This document shows, piece by piece, positions 11,196 through 22,849 of a stretch of 64,000 nucleotides of DNA. This stretch comes from Scyliorhinus canicula (Eukaryota). The stretch lies in contig NC_052159.1 of the NCBI RefSeq assembly GCF_902713615.1, forward strand, positions 128,980,432 through 129,044,431, written 5' to 3'. The notes under the pieces were generated by a model. The model was not told where the DNA came from, ran no database searches, and saw only the letters and a list, made by a program, of their open reading frames with translations. Numbering within the stretch: position 1 is the stretch's first letter; each line of letters begins with the position of its first letter. The position numbers were made by a program, and so were the translations under genes.

Positions 11196-12140
11196 TGTAG
11201 CCATGCTGGCCACGCAAAATGGACACTGAGCCAAACTAAAATGGAAGACTGCTGGGAAACAGACAGTTTAGCCAGAACAGCAGTCTGCAAAGAGCAGTTT
11301 GCATTCTGCAGCAGCAGAAACCAGTTTGGGCTCAGGTGAAAAGACCTTAGCTAGGTGCAAATGGCAAAACGCTTTGCATGCTAATGAGGCCATCAGACTT
11401 GAACACCCACACAATAGATACATTTGGTTCTGAATGGACACATTCTAATCAAGACCCAGACATCGAGGCACCAGAAACCTCCAAACAAAAGGACATAAGA
11501 AACGCCCCCTCCATCACGGAGACCCCCTCGCATTGGGGAATTAATCCAGTATCGATAAGAAATTGATCCAATAGGTAGAGCCCGCCCGAGAAGAGGGAAG
11601 GACAATGGAACCCCTATAAAGATAGGGACCTCGTGTTGTCCGGTCTGTTAAACCCGTGCTCCGGCTCTGACTGACATCTCGCATCCTGACTCCAGCCGTT
11701 GAGCACCAGCCGCCGAAACCGTAAGTTCAACGCTCGCTACGCGATCCAAGCCCACTAGACTCCCAAGTACCAGAACGCTTGCTGAAGGCTGCAGACAAAA
11801 CCAGGACGAAGGCCTCGTTCTCTGACCTTGCCTGTTCCTGTTAGATAAGTATTCTGTTTGCTTAAGTTTAGTTATAGCTTAGTCTCTTAGTGTGCATGAG
11901 TATTTATTATAACTGTATAATAAATATTGATCGTTTGAACTTTACTAATCGGTGTATCGTCTTTATTACTTTGAACTTGACCTTGGAATACTTGTGACGT
12001 TGCCTATACGGCAACTGGCGACTCCAGAGCTAAATAATTACATAGAACAGAGCCTAGCAGTGTTAAGCACACGTCGAACTCGGAGGCGTGTTAATACACT
12101 CCAATAAACGCGTTTTACGCCCATAGTAAAACGTGCAACA
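11196..12140 (+). repeat. 3' LTR
   Basis: TG...CA termini, preceded by PPT, followed by TSD ACTG. Confidence 0.95.
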
Positions 12141-12589
12141 ACTGACATGTCCAATGGTCCCTGGGCTAGGACACAAGCAGTGTACGCTGCAGCGCTTTTG
12201 GTTATCCAAATAAACTGCAGTTCAAATGAAGCCTGGCCTTGGTGGCATGGCTACACTTTCCAAGCCCACCTTGTTATGGCTGTTCAAAATTTTATATGCT
12301 TCAATCAAGACATCTCTCACTCTTCTAAACTCCAGTGGAAACAAGCCAGTCTGCCCAACTATTCATCATTTCAGGTGTCAGCTCTACTCTGAATCGATGT
12401 TAGATGTTAACATCTAACAGACATTAGCTACATGCATGTAATGCCTCCATAAAGGTGGAGGCTGGCATGCTTCACATCAGAAACATGTGAAAACACAGTG
12501 GATGCCATTTTGGATCTTTCATAGCATCCAAATAACAAACACCACCAAGCCCAATTTCTCACCCAAAGGGGGGAAATTTATGAATGTAA

Positions 12590-13690
12590 TAAGAACATAA
12601 AAACTAGGAGCAGGAGTAGGCCATCTGGCCCCTCGGGCCTGCTCCGCCATTCAATAAGATCATGGCTGATTTTTTTGTGGGTTTAGCTCCACTTACCTGG
12701 CTGCTCTCCGTAACCTTTTATTCCTTTACTGTTCAAAAATCTATCTACCTTTGCCTTAAAAGCATTCAACGAGGTAGACTCAACTGCTTCGCTGGACAAG
12801 GAATTCATTTGGGTGAAGAAGTTCCTCCTCAACTCAGTCCTAAACTGCTCCCCATTATTTTGAGGACATGCCCTCTCGTTCTAGTTTTACCCGCCAGTGG
12901 AGACAATCTCCCTGCTTTCCTATCTATTCCCTTCATAATTTTATATATTTCTATAAGATCCTCCCTTATCCTTCTAAATTTTAATGAGTATTGTCCCAGT
13001 CTATTTAGTCTCTCCTCATAAGCTAATCTTCTCAACTCTGGAATCAACCTAGTGAATCTTCTCTGCACCCTCTCCAGTCTCAGTAAATCCTTTCTCGAGT
13101 AAGGAGGTCAAAACTGTACATTGTACTCCAGGTGTGGCCTCACCAGCACCCAAACAGCTGCACCATAACCACCCTGTTTTTAAACTCCATCCCTCTCACA
13201 ATGAAGCACAGAATTCCACTTACCTTCTTAATTACTTGCTGCACCTGCAAACCAACTTTTTTGCGGTTCATGCACAAGCACAATTTTAAAAAATTTAAAT
13301 AAAAGTCCATTTTGCCGTTATTCCTACCAAAATGGATGACCTCACATTTATCAACATTGAACTCCATCTGCCAGACCCTTGCCCACTCACTTAAACCATC
13401 TATGTCCCTCTACAGACGTGTAGTGTCCTCTGCACACTTGGCTCTACCACTCATCTTCTGTGAACTTTGACACATTACACTTGGTCCCCAACTCCAGATC
13501 ATCTATGTAAATTGTACACAATTGCAGACCCAACACTGATCCCTGAGGCACACCACTAGCCACTGATCGCCAACCAGAAAAACACCCATTTATCCCCACT
13601 CTTTGCTTTCTGTCAGTTAACCGATCCTCTATCCATGCTCATACATTACCTGTAACACCATGTGCCTTTATTTTATGCAGCAGCCTTGTG
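12590..13690 (-). mobile_element. CR1/HER1 LINE 3' fragment
   Basis: QRRFTRLIPELRRLAYEERL and MEFNVDKCEVIHFG peptides; CR1 3' tail. Confidence 0.88.
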
Positions 13691-13999
13691 TGTCACCTTT
13701 TATGGAGCCCATTACAGCAGGAAAAGTGATGCACCAGGGTGACTCAATTCGGTAGAATGTGAAATTTCAATTTCTGGATGGCAGCTTGAGATGCAGTGAT
13801 ACAACCAGCTGTGTGTTTGTGGTGTCAAAATATGTTCTAAGCTGTGGCAGGTTGATATTGCCATATATTTGTATGCCATGATTACTCATTAATGTAAAAC
13901 AGTTTCAATAAAGTCCCACCCTATGGATAAAGTCAGCCAGGCACAAGAATCTTGTGGCACTCGGTTCACAATCAGTTAATGGTGGTAGGTGGTGTGCAT

Positions 14000-14670
14000 C
14001 AGTCGTCTCGGTGCCATTGTAACTCTGTGATACAAGGTAGTGGGTGTTGAAAGATTGGTGTTTAGGTACAGGGAGATGCGGTGGAGGGAAGGGAAGGTAG
14101 ACAGAGATTGGTGTTCATGTGCAGGGTAGCTGCAGTGGGGGGAACAGCCTCACATCGTGGGTGTGGTAGTCCTGTAAGAAGTTGGGGTTGGATGGATCAA
14201 GCAGGGATTCAAAGTGTTGAAGGCTTGGAAGGGTGGAGTCCGTGCTGTTTATGATGGTGTCTGAAGAGTTGAATTGCTTGGTGGCAGAGGGGACAGCCAC
14301 AGTCAAAGGGAGAAGTTGGACTCGGTATGGGGGTAGCTCCCGAGTCAGAAACAGGCATCGCAAGGTCTCAAGCGGTGGGTCATGGGCATTAACAAAAGCA
14401 TGGAGGAGGATAATGTGAGGGGTCAGGGTGAGCTTTGGGATAGTGATTAATGTAGGCAGGAGCGGGTAGAGATAGCATATAAAGGTAAATGATGATAGGG
14501 TCCAGGATAATAGTGGGAGGTCCAGGGGTAAGAAACAGGAGAGAAAAGGTGACATTGCCTGGGTCAAAGGGTGATGGGGCAAGCATGAGAGGGACTGGGG
14601 GAGGGTAAAAGGTACTTGATTGGGTTTGGAATGTAATAAGCACCATGATCTGTGACTCGCTGAAATCACG
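14000..14670 (-). mobile_element. Degenerate LINE remnant (L2/CR1-group, tentative)
   Basis: C-rich minus strand with decayed ORF2-like peptides; no intact motif. Confidence 0.3.
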
Positions 14671-15099
14671 CACCTAAATTATGCAGATTGAACTGAGAAG
14701 AAGGAAATTTTGGGTGGATAGAGTTTGTGTTGTGCACAATTGATTGGTTAAAGGGACTCTCGAATAATTAGTTAAATGGATGAGAACCATGGTTGAGCAT
14801 TCTCTTAAATGTATGTCTGCCTCCTTCACAGAGTGCAATTTTGTATCATAACCATGGCTCTCATTCACCCAATATTCCTGCAACCTTGGGAACAGGCAAG
14901 GAGAATTAGAAGAAGCTCTTGCTGTTCAACAGAGGTGTCAAGGCCAATAGCAGACAGCAACAAAGGCTTTGTTGAAAATGGGCACTGGCGCGTAAACACA
15001 TCTAGAGGATAAGAACAAACTACCTCCAGATATCAGAGAGGTGATGTCAGAGGCGCCTCACGAAGTTGCAGGAAGTGGGCATGGAAGCAAGCCAAATTG

Positions 15100-15645
15100 T
15101 TTATGAAGAAGTACAGTCATGTGGATTTTGTGGAAATCCCATTCCAGTGCATCTCAAGGTTACAACAATGCTCAACTTCTTTATCTGCATTAAGCATGAC
15201 AGATAAACATGTAGTATCAAACAGGAGACCACATTAATGCATAAAGGAGATGACCAATGTCCTATTGAGTTCTGCCAATGATTTTATCCACTTCACCTTC
15301 GATGAAGACAGTCAGTCTGCAAGGTCAACCGCCTTTGGTATCACTGCTGTGTTCCCTCGAGTGCAGGGTGTCATCAACTGCACTTGTGGCCATAAAACTC
15401 CCTGGGAACAATCAATTCAATTTGCAAGTTGTGAAATGTTCCACTACATGAATGTAGAACTAGAGTGTGAACACAAGAGAAGAATAATACAGGTCAAAGC
15501 TCATTTCCCAGATGTTCACATCATCAGGCTGCTTAAATTGTGCTACTGCTGCCTTGACCAGTCTGGACGGGCTCTGCGATACACAAGCAGAGAGTGTCAG
15601 AAGTAGGAGTGATCTTCTGTGCAGTGCATAACCTGGCATACTGAG
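15100..15645 (+). pseudogene. Harbinger/PIF (HARBI1-like) transposase remnant
   Basis: FPRVQGVINCT, FHYMNVELEC, IRLLKLCYCCLDQSGRALRY, CAVHNL resemble Harbinger DDE motifs; internally deleted. Confidence 0.7.
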
Positions 15646-16854
15646 AGTCGAACTGAGGGTGCTTAGTGGCAGAGGTAACAGTCAGAGTCAAAGGGAGTAC
15701 TTAGGCTCAGTACATGGGACAGGTCCAGAGCCAGGTACAGGTGTTGGCAGATTTCAAGGGGTGCATCACGGGTGTGCACACCATTAGGCTGCTTAAAATG
15801 TACTTTTCTGCCTGAACTGTTCCTCCTCTAGTGCATTTGGCCCTCTTGCTGTTGTGGGTCAGCATGTCCTGCATGACAAAATGCAGGGTTAGTGATATAT
15901 CAAGTGATGTCAACCCCCTTGTGTGCATGCAACCTCGTCACACACAGAGGCCTAATTTGAAACATTACATCAAAGTACACACAAAAAGGAAAACCTCCAG
16001 ATGCTTTGGTTTCAATTGACATGCAGCACTGAGACTGATACCACATTCATTCTTCTGGCATGACTGCCATTCACACATATGCACTGATGATCACGCAAGA
16101 GACTCTTGCTGGAAATGCAGCACCGACACTTACCCTTGGGGATCAGAGCAGGTAACTGGCCTGTTTACTGCAGTGGGTGACCCCACTGTTGCTCACCTCC
16201 CTTGCCATCTCCGTCCATCCCAGCATGGTCTGGTGGGAGAACTTTCTTACACCATCTTCAGTTAAAGGTACCTCCTGCCTTTTCCTGATGACCTGGAGGA
16301 GAACAGATGCACTGATGCATTACCGAACCACAAGGCTCGGCTGTTGCAAAGGTTATGCTATTTTCATCCAGCAGTAGAGTATTCTGGCAGTGATGACAAG
16401 CCTCTCTGTTTGAGTAAAAGGCTCTACCAGACCGTACCTAGATTCCGCTGCTACTAAATGGCACATGTTTTCATACACACCGCTAGCTCTTCGATTTTTA
16501 ATGATAATGGCATGGGAAAAGGCAAAGAGAGAGAGAGCGGAAGTGACGATGGCAGGAATGAGACACTGTTGACAAAACTCTGGCCAACGTGTCTCAGACT
16601 ATTCCTGTTGGAATTTGAAAGGTCTTTCATTTCTGACTAGGTTTATTATTTTTATTATCCACTTGTGAACTGTTTCCATCCTTCTACTATCATTTTGAAT
16701 TGTGTAACGTCTCAACTAGATGGTGTGCTTTTGTCGCCAACTCCATTTCCTTTCAAAATTTGGTTAATTGTTTTACATTACTTACAATCTGACAATATGA
16801 GTTTAGTCCCACAGCTCACTCTATCCAACATATAAGATGCAAAATTGGACCAAT

Positions 16855-17031
16855 GATGTGTGGGTTCGATGGATTGGTCATGCTAAATTGCCCGTAGTGT
16901 ATCCAAAGTTTAGATGGGGTTACAGGGATAGGGTGAGGCAGTGGGCCTAGTTTGGGTTCTTATTCAGAGGGTTGGTGCAGACTCGATGGGCCGAATGACC
17001 TCCTTCTGCACTGTAGTATTCTATTCTATGA
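16855..17031 (+). mobile_element. HE1-type SINE 3' half
   Basis: GGATTGGTCATGCTAAATTGCCC...GGTGCAGACTCGATGGGCCGAATG...TTCTATG. Confidence 0.75.
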
Positions 17032-17654
17032 TCAAATTAAGAGCAATGCAGTATGGACTTGCCTATGGAAACTGCAAAAGTAAAAAAACAGTATTGGGAG
17101 AAGCCTGAACCACTAACATATTCATTAGAAAATGAGACGGTGTACCATTACATGAATTTGCAAACTTACCTGCCAGGTTGTCTTGTTCAATAACATCCAA
17201 AGTCAGATTTCCACATCCTATTATTTATGATTTTTTTGCCTCACTGATGTTTAGATTCCACCCAATCTGCTATATTTCGATGTATCGTCAGGGCACTGCA
17301 TTTGTCATTCTTCATACTTGTCAATCTGTTTACTAATCAGAATCACTATCTTGTGAATGCTGGGCTGCGACACCATGTAGGTAGGGGTTATTTGTGTTGT
17401 GTAATTAGAGCTTTCTGTCAGTACACTGATAAATATGAAACTGCGTGTGAGATTTCTGCCCAGCTAAATTGGATTATATCTTCCAATTTATTTCAGAAAG
17501 CTTTTGAGTTTACTCGTCCGCTCACAGTTCACGTTTTAGCTGTCTTCACATCAGACAATGTTTAATTAAAATTTCATGCGAGTGCTGCCTGCGAGTATGC
17601 GCCCTATGTTTACATTGGCAAATCAAGGATTCCTTACCATGGCGGGGTACTCAT

Positions 17655-18163
17655 CAGTCCAGGTTTTTGTATCTGTCACAAGGATAAGGAGATTGCCAGC
17701 AACAACGAATAAGATGGGGAAACGGGGAAGTTAGAAAGAAAAGGGACAGGAAAAACGAAAATAAAGACATCAGGTGGGAGAAACCACAGGAACACACAAC
17801 CTGGGGGGGGGGGGCGGGGAGGAGAAAAGACTGGAGGGACACAAAAGGGACAATGTGGGAGGGAGGAACACCCAATCATAGGGGGTAAACAGCAGAGGTT
17901 GATGGGGGAAGAAAAGAAAGGGGGAAGGGGGGAAGGGAAGGGGAGGGGGGGGGGTGAACCCCCTCCCAAAAAACGATCGGGGGGGGCAGAGGGTCAGGGA
18001 GGGGCAGGTTGGGGGGAGGGGGTCCACACGCCAAGCCAGGTGGCGGCAGAATGTAAACGGGAAATTAAGAGAAGGAAAAAACAAACCTTTATTGTACAGT
18101 GAATAAACACAACCAGCAATGTACATAACTGTTTATAAAGTTATAAAAAAGATTTTTAAAAAA
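17655..18163 (+). mobile_element. G-rich LINE 3' UTR-like fragment (L1/Tx1-like)
   Basis: Many G-runs followed by AATAAA and an A-rich end; similar in style to the L1 3' UTR at 21128-21400. Confidence 0.4.
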
Positions 18164-18333
18164 GGATAAGTAGATTGAAACCAATGCTTCAAATGCTAAG
18201 TGCTGTCTCACAGATAACAATGCCCCGAATCAGTTGTAAAAGAAGCTCAATATAAAATAAGCATTTTCTTTACTCATTAATTTCATTTTTGTCATTTAAG
18301 TTGATTTATTTTTCCTCTATTTTATTTGTTCTT

Positions 18334-18533
18334 AGTAAGAAGTCTTACAACACCAGGTTAAAGTCCAACAGGTTTGTTTCAAACACGAGCTTTCGGAGCA
18401 CGGCTCCTTCTTCAGGTGAAGAAGGAGCCGTGCTCCGAAAGCTCGTGTTTGAAACAAACCTGTTGGACTTTAACCTGGTGTTGTAAGACTTCTTACTGTG
18501 CTCACCCCAGTCCAACGCCGGCATCTCCACATT
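18334..18533. mobile_element. Penelope-like element terminal repeat in inverted configuration (81-bp perfect arms)
   Basis: 18334-18414 is the reverse complement of 18417-18497, with a GG spacer; followed by a CCCCAGTCCAACGCCGGCATCTCCACA tail. Confidence 0.8.
18384..18418 (-). ncRNA. Minimal hammerhead ribozyme motif
   Basis: Minus strand CAC-CUGAAGA-A-GGAGC-CGU-GCUCC-GAA-AGCU-C-GUG: core boxes, stems I and II, palindromic stem III. Confidence 0.7.
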
Positions 18534-19630
18534 ATTTGTTCTTCACCACATTGGTCACAGTATGTCCTCTGACTGGAACAACAGGATATTATTGTTAAAG
18601 CAATGGAATAGCAGCATTATTTATTGATCACCCGTTGGGATGCATAATTCATGAGGATTAGTCGAACATTGACCATTGTCTTTCTCTGCTCAAGGTGGCA
18701 CATCTAACTCTGTGCAGTGTTAAACTGAACAGCCAAAAGGACAATAGATACAATTCATTTAATTGAGTTCAAGTCACAAGAACGCAGTGATTTGAATTGA
18801 TGACTCTGTGGCTGGGAGGTAAGTAATAATCCACTTAACTAATCATGCTGTGTGGAGAAATAAGTTCAAGATTGTCAGCCTTATGGAGTAGAATTTGTTC
18901 AATTATATATTCTTTGCCAGAGGTGCTATGAAGAATGAACATATCTGTAAAGATTTTTATAGCATGTCTTGATAAACATTATTTGCATGTGCAAATATGT
19001 TTCATTATTAAATGCCAGCGAGGTACAACGTACATATCAGCAGGTTCCAGAATTGAAATGAAATGAAATCGCTCATTGCCACAAGTCGGCTTCAATGAAG
19101 TTACTGTGAAAAGCCCCTAGAGTGAGTAAGCCGGCTGGGAGGGATCTTTGATTATGCTGCTGGCTTTCCTCAGGCAGCGGGAAGTGTAGATGGAGTCCAT
19201 GGATGGGAGGCAGGTTTGTGTGATGGACTGGGTGGTATTCACGACTCTCTGAAGTTTCTTGCGGTCCTGGGCCGAGCAGTTGCCATACCATGCTGTGATG
19301 CAGCCAGATAGGATGCTTTCTATGGTGCATTTGTAAAAGTTGGTAAGGATTAACGTGGACATGCTGAATTTCCTTAGTTTCCTGAGGAAGTATAGGCGCT
19401 GTTGTGCTTTCCTTGTGGTAGCGTCGACATGGGTGGACCAGGACAGATTTTTGGAGATGTGCACCCCTAGGAATTTGAAACTGCTAACCATCTCCACCTT
19501 GGCCCCGTTGATACTGACAGGGGTGTGTACAGTACTTTGCTTCCAGCTCAATTACCAGCTCTTTAGTTTTGGTGGCCTTGAGGGAGAGATTGTATTCTGA
19601 CTCGTCGTTATTCGATATCCGTCCCACTAT

Positions 19631-19975
19631 TCGTAGAATTTACAGTGCAGAAGGAGGCCATTCAGCCCATCGAGTCTGCACCGGCTCTTGGAAAGAGCAC
19701 CCTACCCAAGGTCCACACCTCCACCCTATCCCCATAACCCAGTAACCCCACCCAACACTAAGGGCAATTTTGGACACTAAGGGCAATTTATCATGGTCAA
19801 TCCACCTAACCTGCATATCTTTGGACTGTGGGAGGAAACCGGAGCAGCCGAAGGAAACTCACACAGACATGGGGAGAACGTGCAGACTCCACACAGACAG
19901 TGACCCAAGCCGAGAATCGAACCTGGGACCCTGGAGCTGTGAAGCAATTGTGCTAACCACAATGCTACCGTGCTC
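19631..19975 (-). mobile_element. HE1-type SINE inserted in Rex1
   Basis: Full SINE; TSD CCCACTAT at 19623-19630 and 19976-19983. Confidence 0.9.
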
Positions 19976-21127
19976 CCCACTATGGTCGTATCGTCAACAA
20001 ACTTGGAGATGGAGTTGGAACCAAGTTTTGCCACACAGTCGTATGCGTACAGGGAGTAGAGTAGGGGGCTAAGTACGCAGCCTTGCGGGGCCCCGATGAC
20101 TATTGTGAAGGAGGTGTTGTTGTTCATTCTTACTGATTGTGGTCTGTTGGTCAGAAAATCGAGGATCCAGTTGCAGAGTGGAGAGCCAAGTCCTAGGTTT
20201 TGGATCTTTGATATGAGCTTGGCTGGGATTATAGTGTTGAAGGTGGAGCTGTAGTCAATAAAAAGAAGTCTGATGTAGGAGTCTGTGTTTTCGAGATGCT
20301 CTAGGGATGAGTGTAGGGCCAGGGAAATGGTGTCTGATGTGGACCGGTTGCAATGGTATGCGAATTGCAGTGGATCATGGCGTTCTGGGAGTATGTAGGT
20401 GATGCGTTTCATGATCAACCTCTCGAAGCACTTCATTACGATTGATGTCAGGACCACTGTATGGTAGTCTTTGAGGCACGTTGCCTGGTTTTTCTTTGGT
20501 ACCGGTATGATGGTGGTCTTCTTGAAGCAGGAGGGGACCTCGGAGTGGAGTAGGGACAGGTTAATGATGTCTGTCACTACCTCTGTCAGTTGGTCCACGC
20601 AGGCTCTGAGTAAATGACCAGGGATCCCGTCCGGGCCCGTCGCCTTCCGAGGTTTCTCTTTCAGGAAGGCTGATCTGACTTCGGAAGCTGTGATGGTGGG
20701 TATGGGTGAGTTATGGGCTGCTGGGGCACTCGACAGCAGATTGTTAGTTACCTACTCGAACCGAGCATAGAATGCATTGATTTCATCGGGGAGGGGTGCA
20801 CTGCTGCCAGAAATACTGCTCGGCTTCGCTTTGTAGCCCGTTATGTTGTTTAGTCCTTGCTACAATCGCCGAGAGCCTGTCTGTGACTCTAGCTTAGTTT
20901 GATATTCTCTCTTGGCATCTCGGATGGCTTTGCGGAGGTCGTACCTGGATTTCTTGTATATGTCAGGGTCGTCTGCCTTGAACGCCTCAAATCTATCCTT
21001 CAGTAAGGAGTCAATCTCGCGATTGAGCCAAGGTTTCTGGTTAGGGAATGTACGTACTACTTTCTTTGGCATGCAGTCGTCCACACATTTGCTGATGAAG
21101 TCTGTGACGGTGGTGGCGTACTCATTT

Positions 21128-22811
21128 TTTTTTTTTTATAAATGTTTTTATTCAGTTTTCGTATTTTATATTGAACAAATTACAAATTGTTAGGAGAGAG
21201 AAAAAAAAAACAAACAAAAACAAACACGCAAAAATTAACATACATATTTACAGGTAAGCATCTTCGTAGTAGTAACTGCGCCCCCCCCCCCCCCCTCCCC
21301 CCCTCAACATGTTTATTTAGCTTGGTTTTGGGCCTTAGCTAGCCATCGAACCCCCGTAACGAACCTGTAGCCCCCCCCCCCCCTCCCGCTACCTTCCCCC
21401 GACTATTCTTCCTCTTGTACATTGGCCACAAATAGGTCCCGGAACAGTTGCATGAATGGCTCCCACGTTCTGTGGAAGCCGTCGTCCGACCCTCGGATGG
21501 CAAATTTGATTTTCTCCATTTGGAGAGATTCCGAGAGGTCGGACAGCCAGTCCGCAGCTCTGGGCGGTGCTGCTGACCGCCAGCCAAACAGGATTCTACG
21601 GCGGGCGATCAGGGAGGCAAAGGCAAGGGCATCCGCCCTCCTCCCCAGGAATAGATCTGGCTGTTCTGAAACCCCGAAGACCGCCACTATCGGGCATGGC
21701 TCCACCCTCACTCCCACCACTTTGGACATTACCTCGAAGAAGGCTGTCCAGTACTCCACGAGTCTGGGGCAGGACCAGAACATGTGGGCGTGGTTGGCCG
21801 GGCCTCTTTGGCACCGTTCACATCTGTCTTCCACCTCCGGGAAGAACCTACTCATACGGGTTCTTGTTAAGTGGGCTCTATGTACCACTTTTAGTTGCGT
21901 CAGGCTGAGCCTTGCGCACGTGGAGGTGGAGTTGACCCTATGCAGTGCTTCGCTCCAGAGTCCCCACCCGATCTCCATCCCCAGGTCGTCCTCCCATTTC
22001 CTCCTTGTTGCGTCCAGTACGGTGTCGTCCCTATCTACCAGTCGGTCATACATGTCACTACAGTTCCCTTTCTCTAGGATACTTGCGTCCAGTAGGTCTT
22101 CCAGTAGTGTCTGTCGTGGCGGTTGTGGGTACGTCCTTGTCTCCTTTCGTAGGAAGTTTTTGAGCTGCAGGTAATGTAGCTCGTTCCCCCCAGCTAGCTG
22201 AAATTTCTCTGTCAGTTCGTCCAGTGTTGCGATCCTGTCGTCCGTGTATAGGTCCCTGACTGTCAGTGTCCCCCCGTCCTGCCTCCACCTTTTGAAGGTG
22301 GCGTCGGTCAGTGCTGGTTTGAACCTATGGTTGTTGCAGATGGGAGCCCTGTTCGACATTTTGGTCAGGCCAAGTTGCTGCCGCAGTTGGTTCCAGGATT
22401 GGAGGGTGGCTGTCACCACTGGGCTGCTGGAGTGTTTTTTGGGTGGGGATGGGAGTGCTGCCGTGGCGAGGGCCCGGAGGGAGGTTCCCATGCAGGAGGC
22501 CTCCTCCGCACGCACCCACTCAGCTTCTGGCTCCTGGATCCATCCCCTTACTCGCTCGGCTGTTGCTGCCCAGTGGTAGAATTGTAGATTCGGGAGGGCT
22601 AACCCTCCCCTGGTTTTTGTTTTTTGTAAGACCTTCTTTGGGATCCTAGCATTTTTACCCCCCCATACGAACGCCATGATGAGTTTGTCCAGCGCTTTGA
22701 AAAAGGCCTTGGGGATGTAGATCGGAATGGATCTAAACAGGAAGAGGAACCTGGGCAGTACGTTCATTTTGATCGTCTGAACTCTCCCCGCGAGGGAGAG
22801 CGGGAGTGTGT
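21128..22811 (-). mobile_element. 5'-truncated young L1-clade LINE
   Basis: Poly(A) tail; TSD TGGTGGCGTACTCATTT at 21111 and 22812; open ORF2 C-terminus. Confidence 0.92.
21403..22811 (-). CDS. L1 ORF2 C-terminal part (uninterrupted, 5'-truncated)
   Basis: SLAGRVQTIKMNVLPRFLFLF; CERC-x7-HMFWSC cysteine-rich motif. Confidence 0.8.
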
Positions 22812-22849
22812 TGGTGGCGTACTCATTTAACTTGGTCACTGAGACGCTT

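Larger units (their letters stand above)
2271..12140 (+). mobile_element. Full-length env-less endogenous retrovirus-like LTR element (basal retrovirus; loki/Odin/spuma-like candidate)
   Basis: Two ~945-bp direct LTRs (TGTAGC...GCAACA); 4-bp TSD ACTG at 2267-2270 and 12141-12144; gag-pol in one frame; PPT AAGGAGGGAA at 11186-11195; dual RNase H in pol. Confidence 0.95.
2120..12255 (+). mobile_element. Older short solo-LTR-like element (2120-2270 + 12141-12255) split by the provirus
   Basis: TG...CA ends, TTTAAAA before and AATAAA after the insertion point, flanks TTTTC/CTTTC. Confidence 0.45.
19100..22842 (-). mobile_element. Rex1/Babar LINE fragment, interrupted by a SINE and an L1
   Basis: VPSCFKKTTIIPVPKK, MKCFERL, GAPQGCVLSPLLYSLY, KAQQRLYFLRKL, FPNQKPW peptides. 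Confidence 0.88.
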
